This document shows, in pieces, positions 7,097 through 15,359 of a DNA stretch of 64,000 nucleotides. The translations under genes were made by a program, and so were the position numbers. The first letter of the stretch is position 1. Every line of letters begins with the position of its first letter. The notes beneath the pieces were generated by a model. It saw nothing but the letters and a program-made list of their open reading frames with translations, was not told the origin of the DNA and searched no databases. Location: positions 15,044 to 79,043 of the forward strand of contig DATLNE010000020.1 in NCBI GenBank assembly GCA_035536915.1, in the 5' to 3' direction. This DNA is from Acidimicrobiales bacterium (GTDB lineage: Bacteria; Actinomycetota; Acidimicrobiia; Acidimicrobiales; JAHWLA01).

Positions 7097-8483
7097 GAGC
7101 GAGCAGGCCGACGACGAGCGGCTGCTGTCGCCGGGACGCCGGCCGCTGACCATCGGCCTGCTGCTGGTGGTGACGGGGATCGCCTTCGAGGCCTTGGCGA
7201 CGGCCACCGTCATGCCGGAGGTGGCCAACGAGTTGCACGGGATCCGCCTGTACGGCTGGGCGTTCAGCGCCTTCATGTTGGCCATGCTCATGGGCGTGGC
7301 CATCGCCGGGCCGCTCGGCGACCGGCGAGGCCCGGCTGCGCCGTTCGCGGTGGGCCTCGTCCTCTTCGGCAGCGGACTGCTCGGCGCGGGCCTGGCGCCG
7401 TCGATGCCGCTGCTCGTCGTGGCCCGAGCCGTGCAAGGCGCCGGTGGCGGCGTCGTCTTCGCCATGGCGTACGTCGCCATGGCCATGGCCTATCCGCCCG
7501 CTGCGCGCGGACGTTTGTTTGCGGTGTTGTCGTCGGCCTGGGTCGTGCCCGGCATCGTCGGGCCTGCGGTGGGCGGGGCGGTGGCCGAGCAGTTCGGCTG
7601 GCGGGCCGTGTTCTTCGGGCTCGTACCCGTCCTCCCCGTCGCCGGTGCGTTGACGCTGCCGTCGCTGCGCCGCCACCAGCCGGTCCCCAACGACGAGGGC
7701 CACGACGCGCTCCCCGTCCTCGATGCCGTGCGCCTGGCCGGTGGTGCGGGCCTGGTGCTCGGCGGGTTGGCAGCCGACAACCGCTTGGCCGGGCTCGTCG
7801 CCGTGGTCATCGGCTTGGTGCTGGCGTTGCCGGCATTCCTGCGGTTGGTGCCGCCCGGCACCCTGCGCGGTGCGGGCCCGCTGCCTGCCGCCGTCGCCTC
7901 GCGCGGGTTGTTGTCGTTCGCCTTCTTCGGCGCCGAAGCCTTCGTGCCGTTGGCCCTGACGTCACTGCGGGGCTGGACGACCACGGAGGCCGGCGTGTCG
8001 CTCACCCTCGCCGCCCTGACGTGGGCCACGGGCGCGTGGGTGCAGTCGCGCAAAGGCACGGCGTGGGGGCGCAGGCGCACGGTCGGCGCAGGCTTCGTGC
8101 TCGTCGGCATCGGCGTGGCGGCCATGGCCACGATCCTGGTGCCCGCCGTTCCTGCCCTCGTCGCCCCGTTGGCCTGGGCCGTGGCGGGCCTCGGCATGGG
8201 ACTGGCCTCGCCGACGACGAGCTTGATCGTGCTCGAAGAAGCGCCACCCGGCCGCGTCGGCCGTTCGTCGGCGGCGTTGCAGTTGACCGACACGCTCGGG
8301 GCAGGCTTGGGCACCGGCTTGGGCGGCGCCGCCCTGTCGATCGCCGTGGCCGAGGGCTGGAGCCGCCGCCTCGGCATCGGCGTGGCGGACGGGCTGGCGG
8401 TGGTCGCCGTCGTGGTGGGCGTGCTCGCCTCCCGGCAACTTCGCGGCCCGCACGACACCGGCGAGGCGAACGACAGCCGGTAA
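7095..8483 (+). CDS. MFS transporter
   Basis: The ATG at 7095 gives MSEQADDERLLSPGRRPLTIGLLLVV. It has about 12 hydrophobic spans and the MFS loop motif GPLGDRRG. The long track ORF 5877..8483 shares the frame, but its first ~400 aa are antisense noise. Confidence 0.85.
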   Translation: MSEQADDERLLSPGRRPLTIGLLLVVTGIAFEALATATVMPEVANELHGIRLYGWAFSAFMLAMLMGVAIAGPLGDRRGPAAPFAVGLVLFGSGLLGAGLAPSMPLLVVARAVQGAGGGVVFAMAYVAMAMAYPPAARGRLFAVLSSAWVVPGIVGPAVGGAVAEQFGWRAVFFGLVPVLPVAGALTLPSLRRHQPVPNDEGHDALPVLDAVRLAGGAGLVLGGLAADNRLAGLVAVVIGLVLALPAFLRLVPPGTLRGAGPLPAAVASRGLLSFAFFGAEAFVPLALTSLRGWTTTEAGVSLTLAALTWATGAWVQSRKGTAWGRRRTVGAGFVLVGIGVAAMATILVPAVPALVAPLAWAVAGLGMGLASPTTSLIVLEEAPPGRVGRSSAALQLTDTLGAGLGTGLGGAALSIAVAEGWSRRLGIGVADGLAVVAVVVGVLASRQLRGPHDTGEANDSR

Positions 8484-8625
8484 CGCATGTCACCCGCGAT
8501 CCGGGTTACACGAACTTCGTGATGCACCAACGCGGGCAACCTGCGTATGCCCGCTCCCGTCCCCTCCGTTCTCGCCACGAACGTGCTCGGCAGCCGCCGG
8601 GCCGTCACGAACAAGGGGGATTCGC

Positions 8626-9135
8626 ATGCTCCGCCGCATCGCCACCATGGCGCTCGTCCTCGGCTCGGCGGCCGCTCTGCTCGTCGGAGGTGCGACGTAC
8701 GCACCGTTCACCGACGACGCCGAGGGGGCCGGCCCAGTGGGCGCCGGCAATGTCAACGTCAGCATCAACGGCACCGACAGCGCCACCTTCGCCTTCGACA
8801 GCGACGAGTGCTCGAACATGGCACCCGGGATCGACTGCGTGGTGCCCTTCGACGCGAGCGCGGGGTCGAGCAGCCTGTCGGCCACGTGGACCACGACGAT
8901 CACCGAGGACGGCGACGAAGCACTCGACGGACTGCCCGACGGCTGCTTCACCGAGGAGGTCAGCGTGCCGGTCGGCGATGCCGAACAAGGCGACGCCGAC
9001 GCCGACCACGACCCCGGTGACTCGCACGACGGGACGCTCACCGTGCGCATCGCCGACGACAACCGGTGCCAGTCGGCGGCCACCGGCATCCTCGTCAAGG
9101 TCGTGGCCACCCAGTCGCCGAGCCCTCACAACTAG
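8626..9135 (+). CDS. TasA/CalY (camelysin, M73)-like exported protein with a SipW-cognate-type signal peptide
   Basis: MLRRIATMALVLGSAAALLVGGATYAPFTDDAEG. The GGxTxAxFxD junction matches B. subtilis TasA (ALVGGGTWAAFND). A strong RBS (AAGGGGGA) lies 7 nt upstream. A SipW-type peptidase gene sits two genes downstream. Confidence 0.75.
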   Translation: MLRRIATMALVLGSAAALLVGGATYAPFTDDAEGAGPVGAGNVNVSINGTDSATFAFDSDECSNMAPGIDCVVPFDASAGSSSLSATWTTTITEDGDEALDGLPDGCFTEEVSVPVGDAEQGDADADHDPGDSHDGTLTVRIADDNRCQSAATGILVKVVATQSPSPHN

Positions 9136-9137
9136 CC

Positions 9138-10001
9138 GTGCGACGTTCTCTCGTCCTCGCGCTGGCGGTCGGCCTTGCCGCCGTTCCCGCCGTCGGGTCT
9201 GCGGCCGGCCCGAGCCCCAACCTCACCCTGCTGTCGCCGTCGGCCGACTCGGTGGCTGCCCGGGTGGTGGAGGTGCGGTGGTCGTACGCCGGCTTCCATC
9301 GCACCACCCCCGTCGACGTCGAAGTGCGGCGGGGCACCGACGCCTTCACCCGCGTCGGTCGCGTGCCGATCGACGACGGCACGCCGGGTTACTACGGCTC
9401 GCTGTCGTGGTCGACGGGCGATTTCGACGACGGCACCGACTACACGGTGCGGGTCATCGCACCTACCAACAAGCGGGTGAGCTCGTCGGCGTCTCCAGTG
9501 AGCGTCGACAACAGCGGGCCCACCACCACGATCACCGTGCCCGACCCGCCTGTGTCGGTCCTGGCCGACGTGACGGGTACCGCCGTCGATGCCGTCTCTG
9601 CGGTGTCGACGGTGACCGTGCAGTTCGTCGCCCCTGACGGGTCGAGGACGCAACGGGTGGCGTCGTGCACCGGGTGCGGCACGTCGACGTCGGTGACGTG
9701 GGCGGCGTCCACTGCCGGCCTCGCCCCTGCCTCGTACGAGGTGCGGGCATGGGCGGTCGACATGGTCGGCAATGTGGGGCCGACAGCGACGGCGACGATG
9801 GCGATCGTCGGTACGCCGTCGCCGCCGGAGGTCACACCCCCGGAGGTCACACCACCGGAGGTGACAGTGCCCGACGCAACAGTGCCGGAGCCGACCGTGC
9901 CGGAGCCGACAGTGCCCGATGGGGTACCGCCCACGGTGCCCACCGATCCGGCGTCGACAGTTCCGCCGGTCACCGTGCCGGTGGCCGTGCCGACGCTGTG
10001 A
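9138..10001 (+). CDS. secreted protein with Ig-like domains and a Pro-rich C-terminal tail
   Basis: The GTG at 9138 (3 nt after the previous stop) gives VRRSLVLALAVGLAAVPAVGSAAG, a classical signal peptide. VSVDNSGPTTTITVP is typical of bacterial Ig-like domain borders. The tail reads PPEVTPPEVTPPEVTVPDATVPEPTVPEPTVPD. Confidence 0.7.
   Translation: MRRSLVLALAVGLAAVPAVGSAAGPSPNLTLLSPSADSVAARVVEVRWSYAGFHRTTPVDVEVRRGTDAFTRVGRVPIDDGTPGYYGSLSWSTGDFDDGTDYTVRVIAPTNKRVSSSASPVSVDNSGPTTTITVPDPPVSVLADVTGTAVDAVSAVSTVTVQFVAPDGSRTQRVASCTGCGTSTSVTWAASTAGLAPASYEVRAWAVDMVGNVGPTATATMAIVGTPSPPEVTPPEVTPPEVTVPDATVPEPTVPEPTVPDGVPPTVPTDPASTVPPVTVPVAVPTL
9823..9920 (+). repeat. short tandem 15-nt coding repeats (PPEVT x3, VPEPT x2)
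   Basis: ccggaggtcaca(c/c)c(c/a) occurs three times and gtgccggagccgac(c/a) twice, inside the 3' end of CDS 9138..10001. Confidence 0.7.
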
Positions 10002-10522
10002 GCGGCCGCGACCTGCGCCGGGTGGGCACCTACCTGGCGCAGGTCGCCGTCACCGCCCTTGCGGTGGCGGCGGCGTGCCTGCTCGTTGTGCCCAAAGCGC
10101 TCGGGTGGCACGGGGTGCTGGTCCTCAGCGGGAGCATGGAACCGACGCTGCAGTCGGGCGGCGTGGCCTTCGTCGACCCGGTGCGGCCCGAGGCCGTGCA
10201 CGTGGGCGACGTCATCACCTTCCAGCGCCCCGGCGGGTGGCAGGTGACCCACCGCGTCGTCGAGGTGACAGCCACCACGGACGGCCCGCGCTTTCGCACC
10301 AAGGGCGACGCCAACGACGTGGCCGACGCCTGGGTAGTGGGGTCGAAGGCGCTGGTCGGCAAGGTGCGTTATGCGTTTCCCGGCGCAGCGGGCGTCGTGG
10401 GGTTGCTCGTGGGCAACACCCAGCTGCTCGGCGTGTTGATGTTGATCCCCGCGGCCTACTTGGTGGTCGGCGAAGTGCGCCCGTCGCGGCGGCGCCTACG
10501 GGTGCGTGGCGCGGACGGGTGA
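9998..10522 (+). CDS. sipW: signal peptidase I, archaeal/ER type (S26B, SipW-like)
   Basis: The GTG at 9998 overlaps the upstream stop (GTGA). There is an N-terminal TM span, the catalytic Ser box LSGSMEPTLQSGG, the His box VTHRVV, TKGDAN, and a C-terminal TM span. Confidence 0.85.
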   Translation: MSGRDLRRVGTYLAQVAVTALAVAAACLLVVPKALGWHGVLVLSGSMEPTLQSGGVAFVDPVRPEAVHVGDVITFQRPGGWQVTHRVVEVTATTDGPRFRTKGDANDVADAWVVGSKALVGKVRYAFPGAAGVVGLLVGNTQLLGVLMLIPAAYLVVGEVRPSRRRLRVRGADG

Positions 10523-11632
10523 TGCGGGGGCCGGCGACTGCGGGGGCTCGGCGTGGCCTGCGACCCGGCAGCACCCACGGCCTGCGGCCTTGGCCTCGTA
10601 CATGGCGCCGTCGGCCCTGAGGAGCAGGTCTTCCATCGTCGTGCCGGGCTCCCCGAGGGCGATGCCTGCGCTGGCGCCGACGACGACTTGCGTGCCCCTG
10701 ATGGTGAAGGGGGCGGCCATGGCGCTGAGCAAGCGCTCGGCTACGTACCGGGCTTCGGCTTCGCCGACGATCTCCTCGACGAGGACCGCGAACTCGTCGC
10801 CGCCGATGCGCGCTGCCGTGTCCGACGGCCGCACCAAGGCGCGGATGCGCTCGGCCACGAGGACGAGGAGTTGGTCACCACCGGCGTGGCCGAGGCTGTC
10901 GTTGACGTCCTTGAAGCCGTCGAGGTCGATGTAGACGACGGCCAGCGACATCGGGCGCCGCGAGGTGCGGGCGATGCCGTGCGCCACCCGGTCGTGGAAC
11001 AAGCGGCGGTTGGGGAGGCGGGTCAGCGAGTCCTGCATGGCCTGTTCCTCGTTGAGCTTCCAGGCGACCACGCTGGCGACGCTGGCGGCGAGGACGAAGA
11101 CGCCGTGGATCAAGGCCCACCGGAGCGGCTGGGCCACCGCCGCGGGGTGGTTGTAGACGGCGCTCGGGGTCAACGTCCCGAGCACGCCGTGGTGGAGCAC
11201 GACGAAGCCGATGGCCAGGAGGAACGGCTGCCAGTCTTGGTACAGGGTCAAGATGCCGACCATCACAAAGAAGTGGAAGTGCATCTCGATGGTGCCGTTC
11301 GACAGGTGCACGAGCACGGCCGAGGCGACCACGAGGCCGAGAGCGGTGACGGCGGACGCGAAGGCACGGCGGGCGGTGCACGCCCAGGACACCACAGCGA
11401 AGGCGCCGACGATGGCAGCTTCGAGGGCGCTGTGCAGCGGGCCTTCACCGAGGGAGAGCCCGAGGATGAAGAGGCCGACGACGTGGGCCCGCAAGAGGAA
11501 CGAGAGCGTGCGGTGGCGGACTCGCCAGACCTCCTCGGGCAACGAGTGGCCCTTGGGGAGGAAGTCGAAGGCGACTCTTCGCCATCGCCTGAGGATCGTG
11601 CTCAAAACGCCACCTTCCCGCGCGGTGCGCAA
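10496..11632 (-). CDS. membrane-bound diguanylate cyclase (GGDEF domain)
   Basis: The N-terminal ~190 aa carry about 6 hydrophobic spans and are His-rich (EMHFHFF, VLHHG). The C-terminal GGDEF domain has RLPNRR, DLDGFKDVND and the active site RIGGDEF. Its 3' end overlaps sipW convergently by 27 nt. Confidence 0.9.
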   Translation of the reverse strand: MRTAREGGVLSTILRRWRRVAFDFLPKGHSLPEEVWRVRHRTLSFLLRAHVVGLFILGLSLGEGPLHSALEAAIVGAFAVVSWACTARRAFASAVTALGLVVASAVLVHLSNGTIEMHFHFFVMVGILTLYQDWQPFLLAIGFVVLHHGVLGTLTPSAVYNHPAAVAQPLRWALIHGVFVLAASVASVVAWKLNEEQAMQDSLTRLPNRRLFHDRVAHGIARTSRRPMSLAVVYIDLDGFKDVNDSLGHAGGDQLLVLVAERIRALVRPSDTAARIGGDEFAVLVEEIVGEAEARYVAERLLSAMAAPFTIRGTQVVVGASAGIALGEPGTTMEDLLLRADGAMYEAKAAGRGCCRVAGHAEPPQSPAPASPVRATHP

Positions 11633-11771
11633 CTCTCCCCCTCTCGTCTATCGGCACGCGGGCGACACGGAATGAGCTTTTTGCGCGTCGGGGGCAAAAG
11701 GCCGATCGTCGTCGCCCTGCGGGGGCAGGGTGAGGACGACGCGTAGGGTGGACGGGCGTGGAGCCGAACCA

Positions 11772-12920
11772 GTGAAACGCACCCTCTTCGAAGACGAGCA
11801 CGAGCAGTTCCGGGCCAGCGTCGCCGCATTTCTGGAGAAGGAGGCAGTCCCCCACTTCCTCGACTGGGAGCGGGCGGGCCTTGTCGACCGCGAGCTGTTC
11901 CGGAAGGCCGGGGCGCTCGGGTTCCTGGGCATGTCGGTGCCCGAGGAGTACGGCGGGGGCGGCGTCGACGACTTCCGCTACAACCTGGTGCTGATCGAAG
12001 AGGCGCAGCGACTCGGCCTCGGCGGCGCCGGGCTGGGCCTGACCCTGCACAACGACATCTGCCTGCCGTATTTCCTTTCGTTGTGCAACGAGGAGCAGAA
12101 GCAGCGCTGGCTGCCCGGCATCTGCTCGGGCGAGCTCGTCACCGCCATCGCCATGACCGAGCCGGGCATCGGCTCCGACTTGGCGTCGATGCGCACCAGC
12201 GCGGTGCGCGACGGCGACGACTACGTGCTCAACGGCTCGAAGACCTTCATCACCAACGGCATCAACGCCGACCTGGTCATCGTGGCGGCCAAGACCGACC
12301 CGTCGCAGAAGCACCGGGGCATGTCGCTGTTCGTCGTCGAGCGGGGGATGCCGGGCTTCGAACGAGGGCGCAACCTGGAGAAGATCGGCCTCCACTCGCA
12401 GGACACGGCCGAGTTGTTCTTCACCGACGTGCGGGTCCCGGCCGCCAACCGATTGGGCGACGAAGGCACGGGGTTCTTCAACCTGGTGCACAACCTCCCG
12501 CAGGAGCGGCTGTCGATCGCTGCGGCTGGCGTGGCCGCGGCGCGCGCCGCACTCGCCTGGACGATCGAGTACTGCCGGGAGCGCAAGGCGTTCGGCCAGC
12601 CGATCGGGTCGTTCCAGAACTCGAAGTTCGTGCTGGCCGAGTGCGAGACGGAGACGCGGATCGGCCAGGAGTTCGTCGACCGCTGCGTGGTCGCCCTCAA
12701 TGACGGCGAGCTCACGGCGGAGGAAGCGGCCATGGCGAAGTGGTGGTCGACCGAGCTCCAGAAGCGGGTCGTCGACCGCTGCGTGCAACTGCACGGCGGC
12801 TACGGCTACATGCTCGAGTACCCCATCGCCCGCGCCTACGCAGACGCTCGTGTGACGACGATCTACGGCGGTACCACCGAGGTCATGAAGGAGATCATCG
12901 GCCGCTCGCTCGGCTTCTGA
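11772..12920 (+). CDS. acyl-CoA dehydrogenase
   Basis: The GTG at 11772 (GGAG 9 nt upstream) gives VKRTLFEDEHEQFR, a typical ACAD N-terminus, and a 382-aa protein. The C-terminal catalytic region reads YGGTTEVMKEIIGR. The track start at 11730 is possible. Confidence 0.9.
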   Translation: MKRTLFEDEHEQFRASVAAFLEKEAVPHFLDWERAGLVDRELFRKAGALGFLGMSVPEEYGGGGVDDFRYNLVLIEEAQRLGLGGAGLGLTLHNDICLPYFLSLCNEEQKQRWLPGICSGELVTAIAMTEPGIGSDLASMRTSAVRDGDDYVLNGSKTFITNGINADLVIVAAKTDPSQKHRGMSLFVVERGMPGFERGRNLEKIGLHSQDTAELFFTDVRVPAANRLGDEGTGFFNLVHNLPQERLSIAAAGVAAARAALAWTIEYCRERKAFGQPIGSFQNSKFVLAECETETRIGQEFVDRCVVALNDGELTAEEAAMAKWWSTELQKRVVDRCVQLHGGYGYMLEYPIARAYADARVTTIYGGTTEVMKEIIGRSLGF

Positions 12921-12953
12921 GCGGTGTAGTCGCCTCGCTCACCGGCGTTGGGA

Positions 12954-12984
12954 CTGGGGGCCCGCCCTGCCCGCCGGCCCCCAG
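12954..12984. terminator. hairpin between convergent genes (bidirectional terminator candidate)
   Basis: CTGGGGGCC (12954-12962) pairs with GGCCCCCAG (12976-12984), with a 13-nt loop. It lies between the stops at 12920 (+) and 12988 (-). Confidence 0.45.
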
Positions 12985-12987
12985 CGG

Positions 12988-14688
12988 TCAACTGCCCGAA
13001 GGCGCCCCAGATGGCGTGAAGTCCTGTTCCCAGAACTCGTTTTCTGCACGGGCAGGGTCCTCACCGCGCGCCATCTCACGGGCACGCAGCTCGACGCGTC
13101 GGATCTTGCCGGAGATCGTCTTGGGCAACTCCGCGAACTCGATGCGACGAATGCGCTTGTAGGGCGCCAGGCGAGCACGGCAGTGAGCGAGGATGCTCTC
13201 GGCAACCTTCATCTCTGGTCGTCGACCATCGGCGAGCACCACGAATGCCTTGGGGACGGCGTTGCGCCGGCGGTCAGGGCTCGGGACGACCGCGGCCTCT
13301 GCGACGGCCGGGTGCTCTACCAGCACGCTCTCCAATTCGAAGGGGCTGAGCCGGTAGTCGGACGCCTTGAACACATCGTCCATCCGCCCGACGTAGGTGA
13401 TGTAGCCCTCGGCGTCGCGAGTCGCCGCGTCACCGGTGTGGAAGTAGCCGTCCCGCGTCACCTCCGCCGTCTTCGCCGGATCGTCGCGGTACCCGGCCAT
13501 GATGCCGACGGGCGCTTCCGCCAACGCCACGCACACCTCGCCCTCGTCGGCCGGGTTGCCGTCGGCGTCGAGGATCACGACGTCGTAGCCGGGCAGCGGC
13601 CGGCCCATCGACCCCGCCTTCACGGGCTGTCCGGGCGTGTTGCCGACAAGCGCGGTGGTCTCCGTCTGCCCGAAGAAGTCCCGGATCGTCACACCCCAGG
13701 CGCGCTCCACCTGCTCGATGACCTCGGGGTTGAGCGGCTCGCCGGCGCTCAGCGCCTCTCGAATGCGCACAGGGTGCGATGCCAGGTCCTGCTGAACCAG
13801 CATGCGCCACACCGTCGGCGGCGCGCAGAACGTCGTGACCTGCTGGTCGACGAGCACATCGAGCAACGGGGCTGGTTCGAAGCGCGCGTAGTCGAAGGCG
13901 AGGAGCGTCGCCTCCGCGGTCCACGGCACGAAGAACGAGCTCCATGCGTGCTTGGCCCAGCCTGGCGAGCTGATGTTGAGGTGGACGTCGCCGGGCTGGA
14001 GGCCGAGGGCGTACAACGTCGTCAAGTGGCCGACCGGGTAGCTCGTATGGGTGTGCAACACGAGCTTCGGCGTGGCCGTGGTGCCCGACGTGAAGTACAG
14101 GAGCAGCGGGTCGTCGCCGCTGGTGGGCCCGTCGGGTTCGAAGCCTTCAGCGTGCTCGGCACTCGCAGCGAACGACACCCACCCGTCGACCGGCTCGCCC
14201 ACGGCCACGCGGACGGGAGGCGCCCATTCCGGCGCAAAGCGCTCGGCCAGCTCGGCGGCAACGACGGCAGCGCGCACGCCGCCTCGCGTCACCCGGTCGG
14301 CAAGGTCGGAGGCGGCCAGCAGCGTCGATGCCGGGATGACGACCGCGCCCAACTTCATGGCGGCGAGCATCGTTTCCCACAGCGCAACGGTGTTGCCCAG
14401 TGAGACGAGTACGGCGTCGCCCCGCCCCACACCGAGCGAGCGCAGGAAAGCAGCCACCTGGTCAGAACGTGCGGAGAGCTCGCCGTACGTCCGTCGCTGG
14501 GTCGCGCCTGCCTCGGACGCCACGATCAACGCCACTCGGTCCCGCGGCGGGACGACGTCGAAAAAGTCGAGCGCCCAGTTGAAGCGTTCGAGCCGTGGCC
14601 ATCGGAAACCGTCAGCCGCGGCGACGTAATCGGCGCGCTTCGCCAACAATCCGTCGCGAGCCTGCAGGTAGGCGTCCAGTTCGCTCAT
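12988..14688 (-). CDS. AMP-dependent acyl-CoA synthetase/ligase
   Basis: 566 aa. AMP-binding motif LYFTSGTTATPK, plus FFGQTET and GDAATRDAEGYITYVGRMDDVFK. ATGA overlap with the upstream NTF2-like gene. Confidence 0.9.
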   Translation of the reverse strand: MSELDAYLQARDGLLAKRADYVAAADGFRWPRLERFNWALDFFDVVPPRDRVALIVASEAGATQRRTYGELSARSDQVAAFLRSLGVGRGDAVLVSLGNTVALWETMLAAMKLGAVVIPASTLLAASDLADRVTRGGVRAAVVAAELAERFAPEWAPPVRVAVGEPVDGWVSFAASAEHAEGFEPDGPTSGDDPLLLYFTSGTTATPKLVLHTHTSYPVGHLTTLYALGLQPGDVHLNISSPGWAKHAWSSFFVPWTAEATLLAFDYARFEPAPLLDVLVDQQVTTFCAPPTVWRMLVQQDLASHPVRIREALSAGEPLNPEVIEQVERAWGVTIRDFFGQTETTALVGNTPGQPVKAGSMGRPLPGYDVVILDADGNPADEGEVCVALAEAPVGIMAGYRDDPAKTAEVTRDGYFHTGDAATRDAEGYITYVGRMDDVFKASDYRLSPFELESVLVEHPAVAEAAVVPSPDRRRNAVPKAFVVLADGRRPEMKVAESILAHCRARLAPYKRIRRIEFAELPKTISGKIRRVELRAREMARGEDPARAENEFWEQDFTPSGAPSGS

Positions 14689-15299
14689 CGTGCCTCCTCG
14701 TCGTAGTCAGGCAGGGCGCCGCCCAGCCACGCTCGCCCCTCGGCATAGAGGGCCTCGACCTCGGGACCTGTAAGCCCTGCGCAGTTCGTGCTCGGGTCGA
14801 GACCGGCCCGCACCTGTACATAGGCGAGGTGTCGATACCCCTCGGGGAAACGACCCAGAAGCTCCTCGTCGAGCTGCGGGGCCGAGCCGCGCAGGGGATC
14901 GAGACGGTCACGTTCGTAGATGCCGCGACGGACGACGATCGCCCACCGCCCGTCCTTCCTCTCCAACAGGTCGTGGAACCGTGCGGTGCACGAGATGTCG
15001 CACTCGACCCCCTCGACGACCGCCCGCTGGCTGATCGTCACCTTGGTCTGGGCCACAGCCCGCTCGCCTTCGATGTCGACGGCGCTACCACCGAGCTCGT
15101 GCCACACACGCAGACCCCGGTCGAAGGCGGCGCAACTGCGGTCGACGAACTCGTCGCCCGTGCCGTCGAACCAGGTCGTCGTCATGCGACCACCGGGGTG
15201 CCACAGCGACCGCAACCGCTCCCACTCGCCGGCGTCGCGCCACACCACCCAGCGCTCGACGATGTCGCGCACCGCTACAGCTTGGAGAGCAAGGTCCAT
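14685..15299 (-). CDS. NTF2-like (SnoaL-type) superfamily protein
   Basis: About 204 aa from the ATG at 15299 (MDLALQAVAVRDIVERWVVWRDAGEWERLRSLWH), a typical SnoaL/NTF2-fold opening. The track start at 15329 lies inside the operator palindrome. The family call is tentative. Confidence 0.6.
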   Translation of the reverse strand: MDLALQAVAVRDIVERWVVWRDAGEWERLRSLWHPGGRMTTTWFDGTGDEFVDRSCAAFDRGLRVWHELGGSAVDIEGERAVAQTKVTISQRAVVEGVECDISCTARFHDLLERKDGRWAIVVRRGIYERDRLDPLRGSAPQLDEELLGRFPEGYRHLAYVQVRAGLDPSTNCAGLTGPEVEALYAEGRAWLGGALPDYDEEAR

Positions 15300-15314
15300 T
15301 GGCCCTACTGTAAT

Positions 15315-15328
15315 TGACAACGTTGCCA
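15315..15328. promoter_or_regulatory. LacI-type operator copy a (TGACAACGTTGCCA)
   Basis: A 13/14 palindrome in the centre of the 60-bp divergent gap between starts 15299 (-) and 15360 (+). It shares the 17-nt string TGTAATTGACAACGTTG with copy c. Confidence 0.65.
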
Positions 15329-15359
15329 TTCAGGCCGTCGTCCGGCCTAGGCTTTGTCC

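Noticed and set aside
6395-9637. A 1080-aa ORF on the plus strand, the longest in the track
   Set aside because: Its translation is Arg/Gly/Pro/Ala-rich low-complexity sequence with no motif. It runs out of frame or antisense across four well-supported genes (MOSC, MFS, TasA-like, Ig-like). It is a typical stop-free shadow frame of high-GC DNA.
15314-15319. TTGACA inside operator copies a, c and g read as a canonical -35 hexamer
   Set aside because: No acceptable -10 hexamer lies 16-18 bp downstream in any of the three cases. The TTGACA is explained by the palindrome itself.
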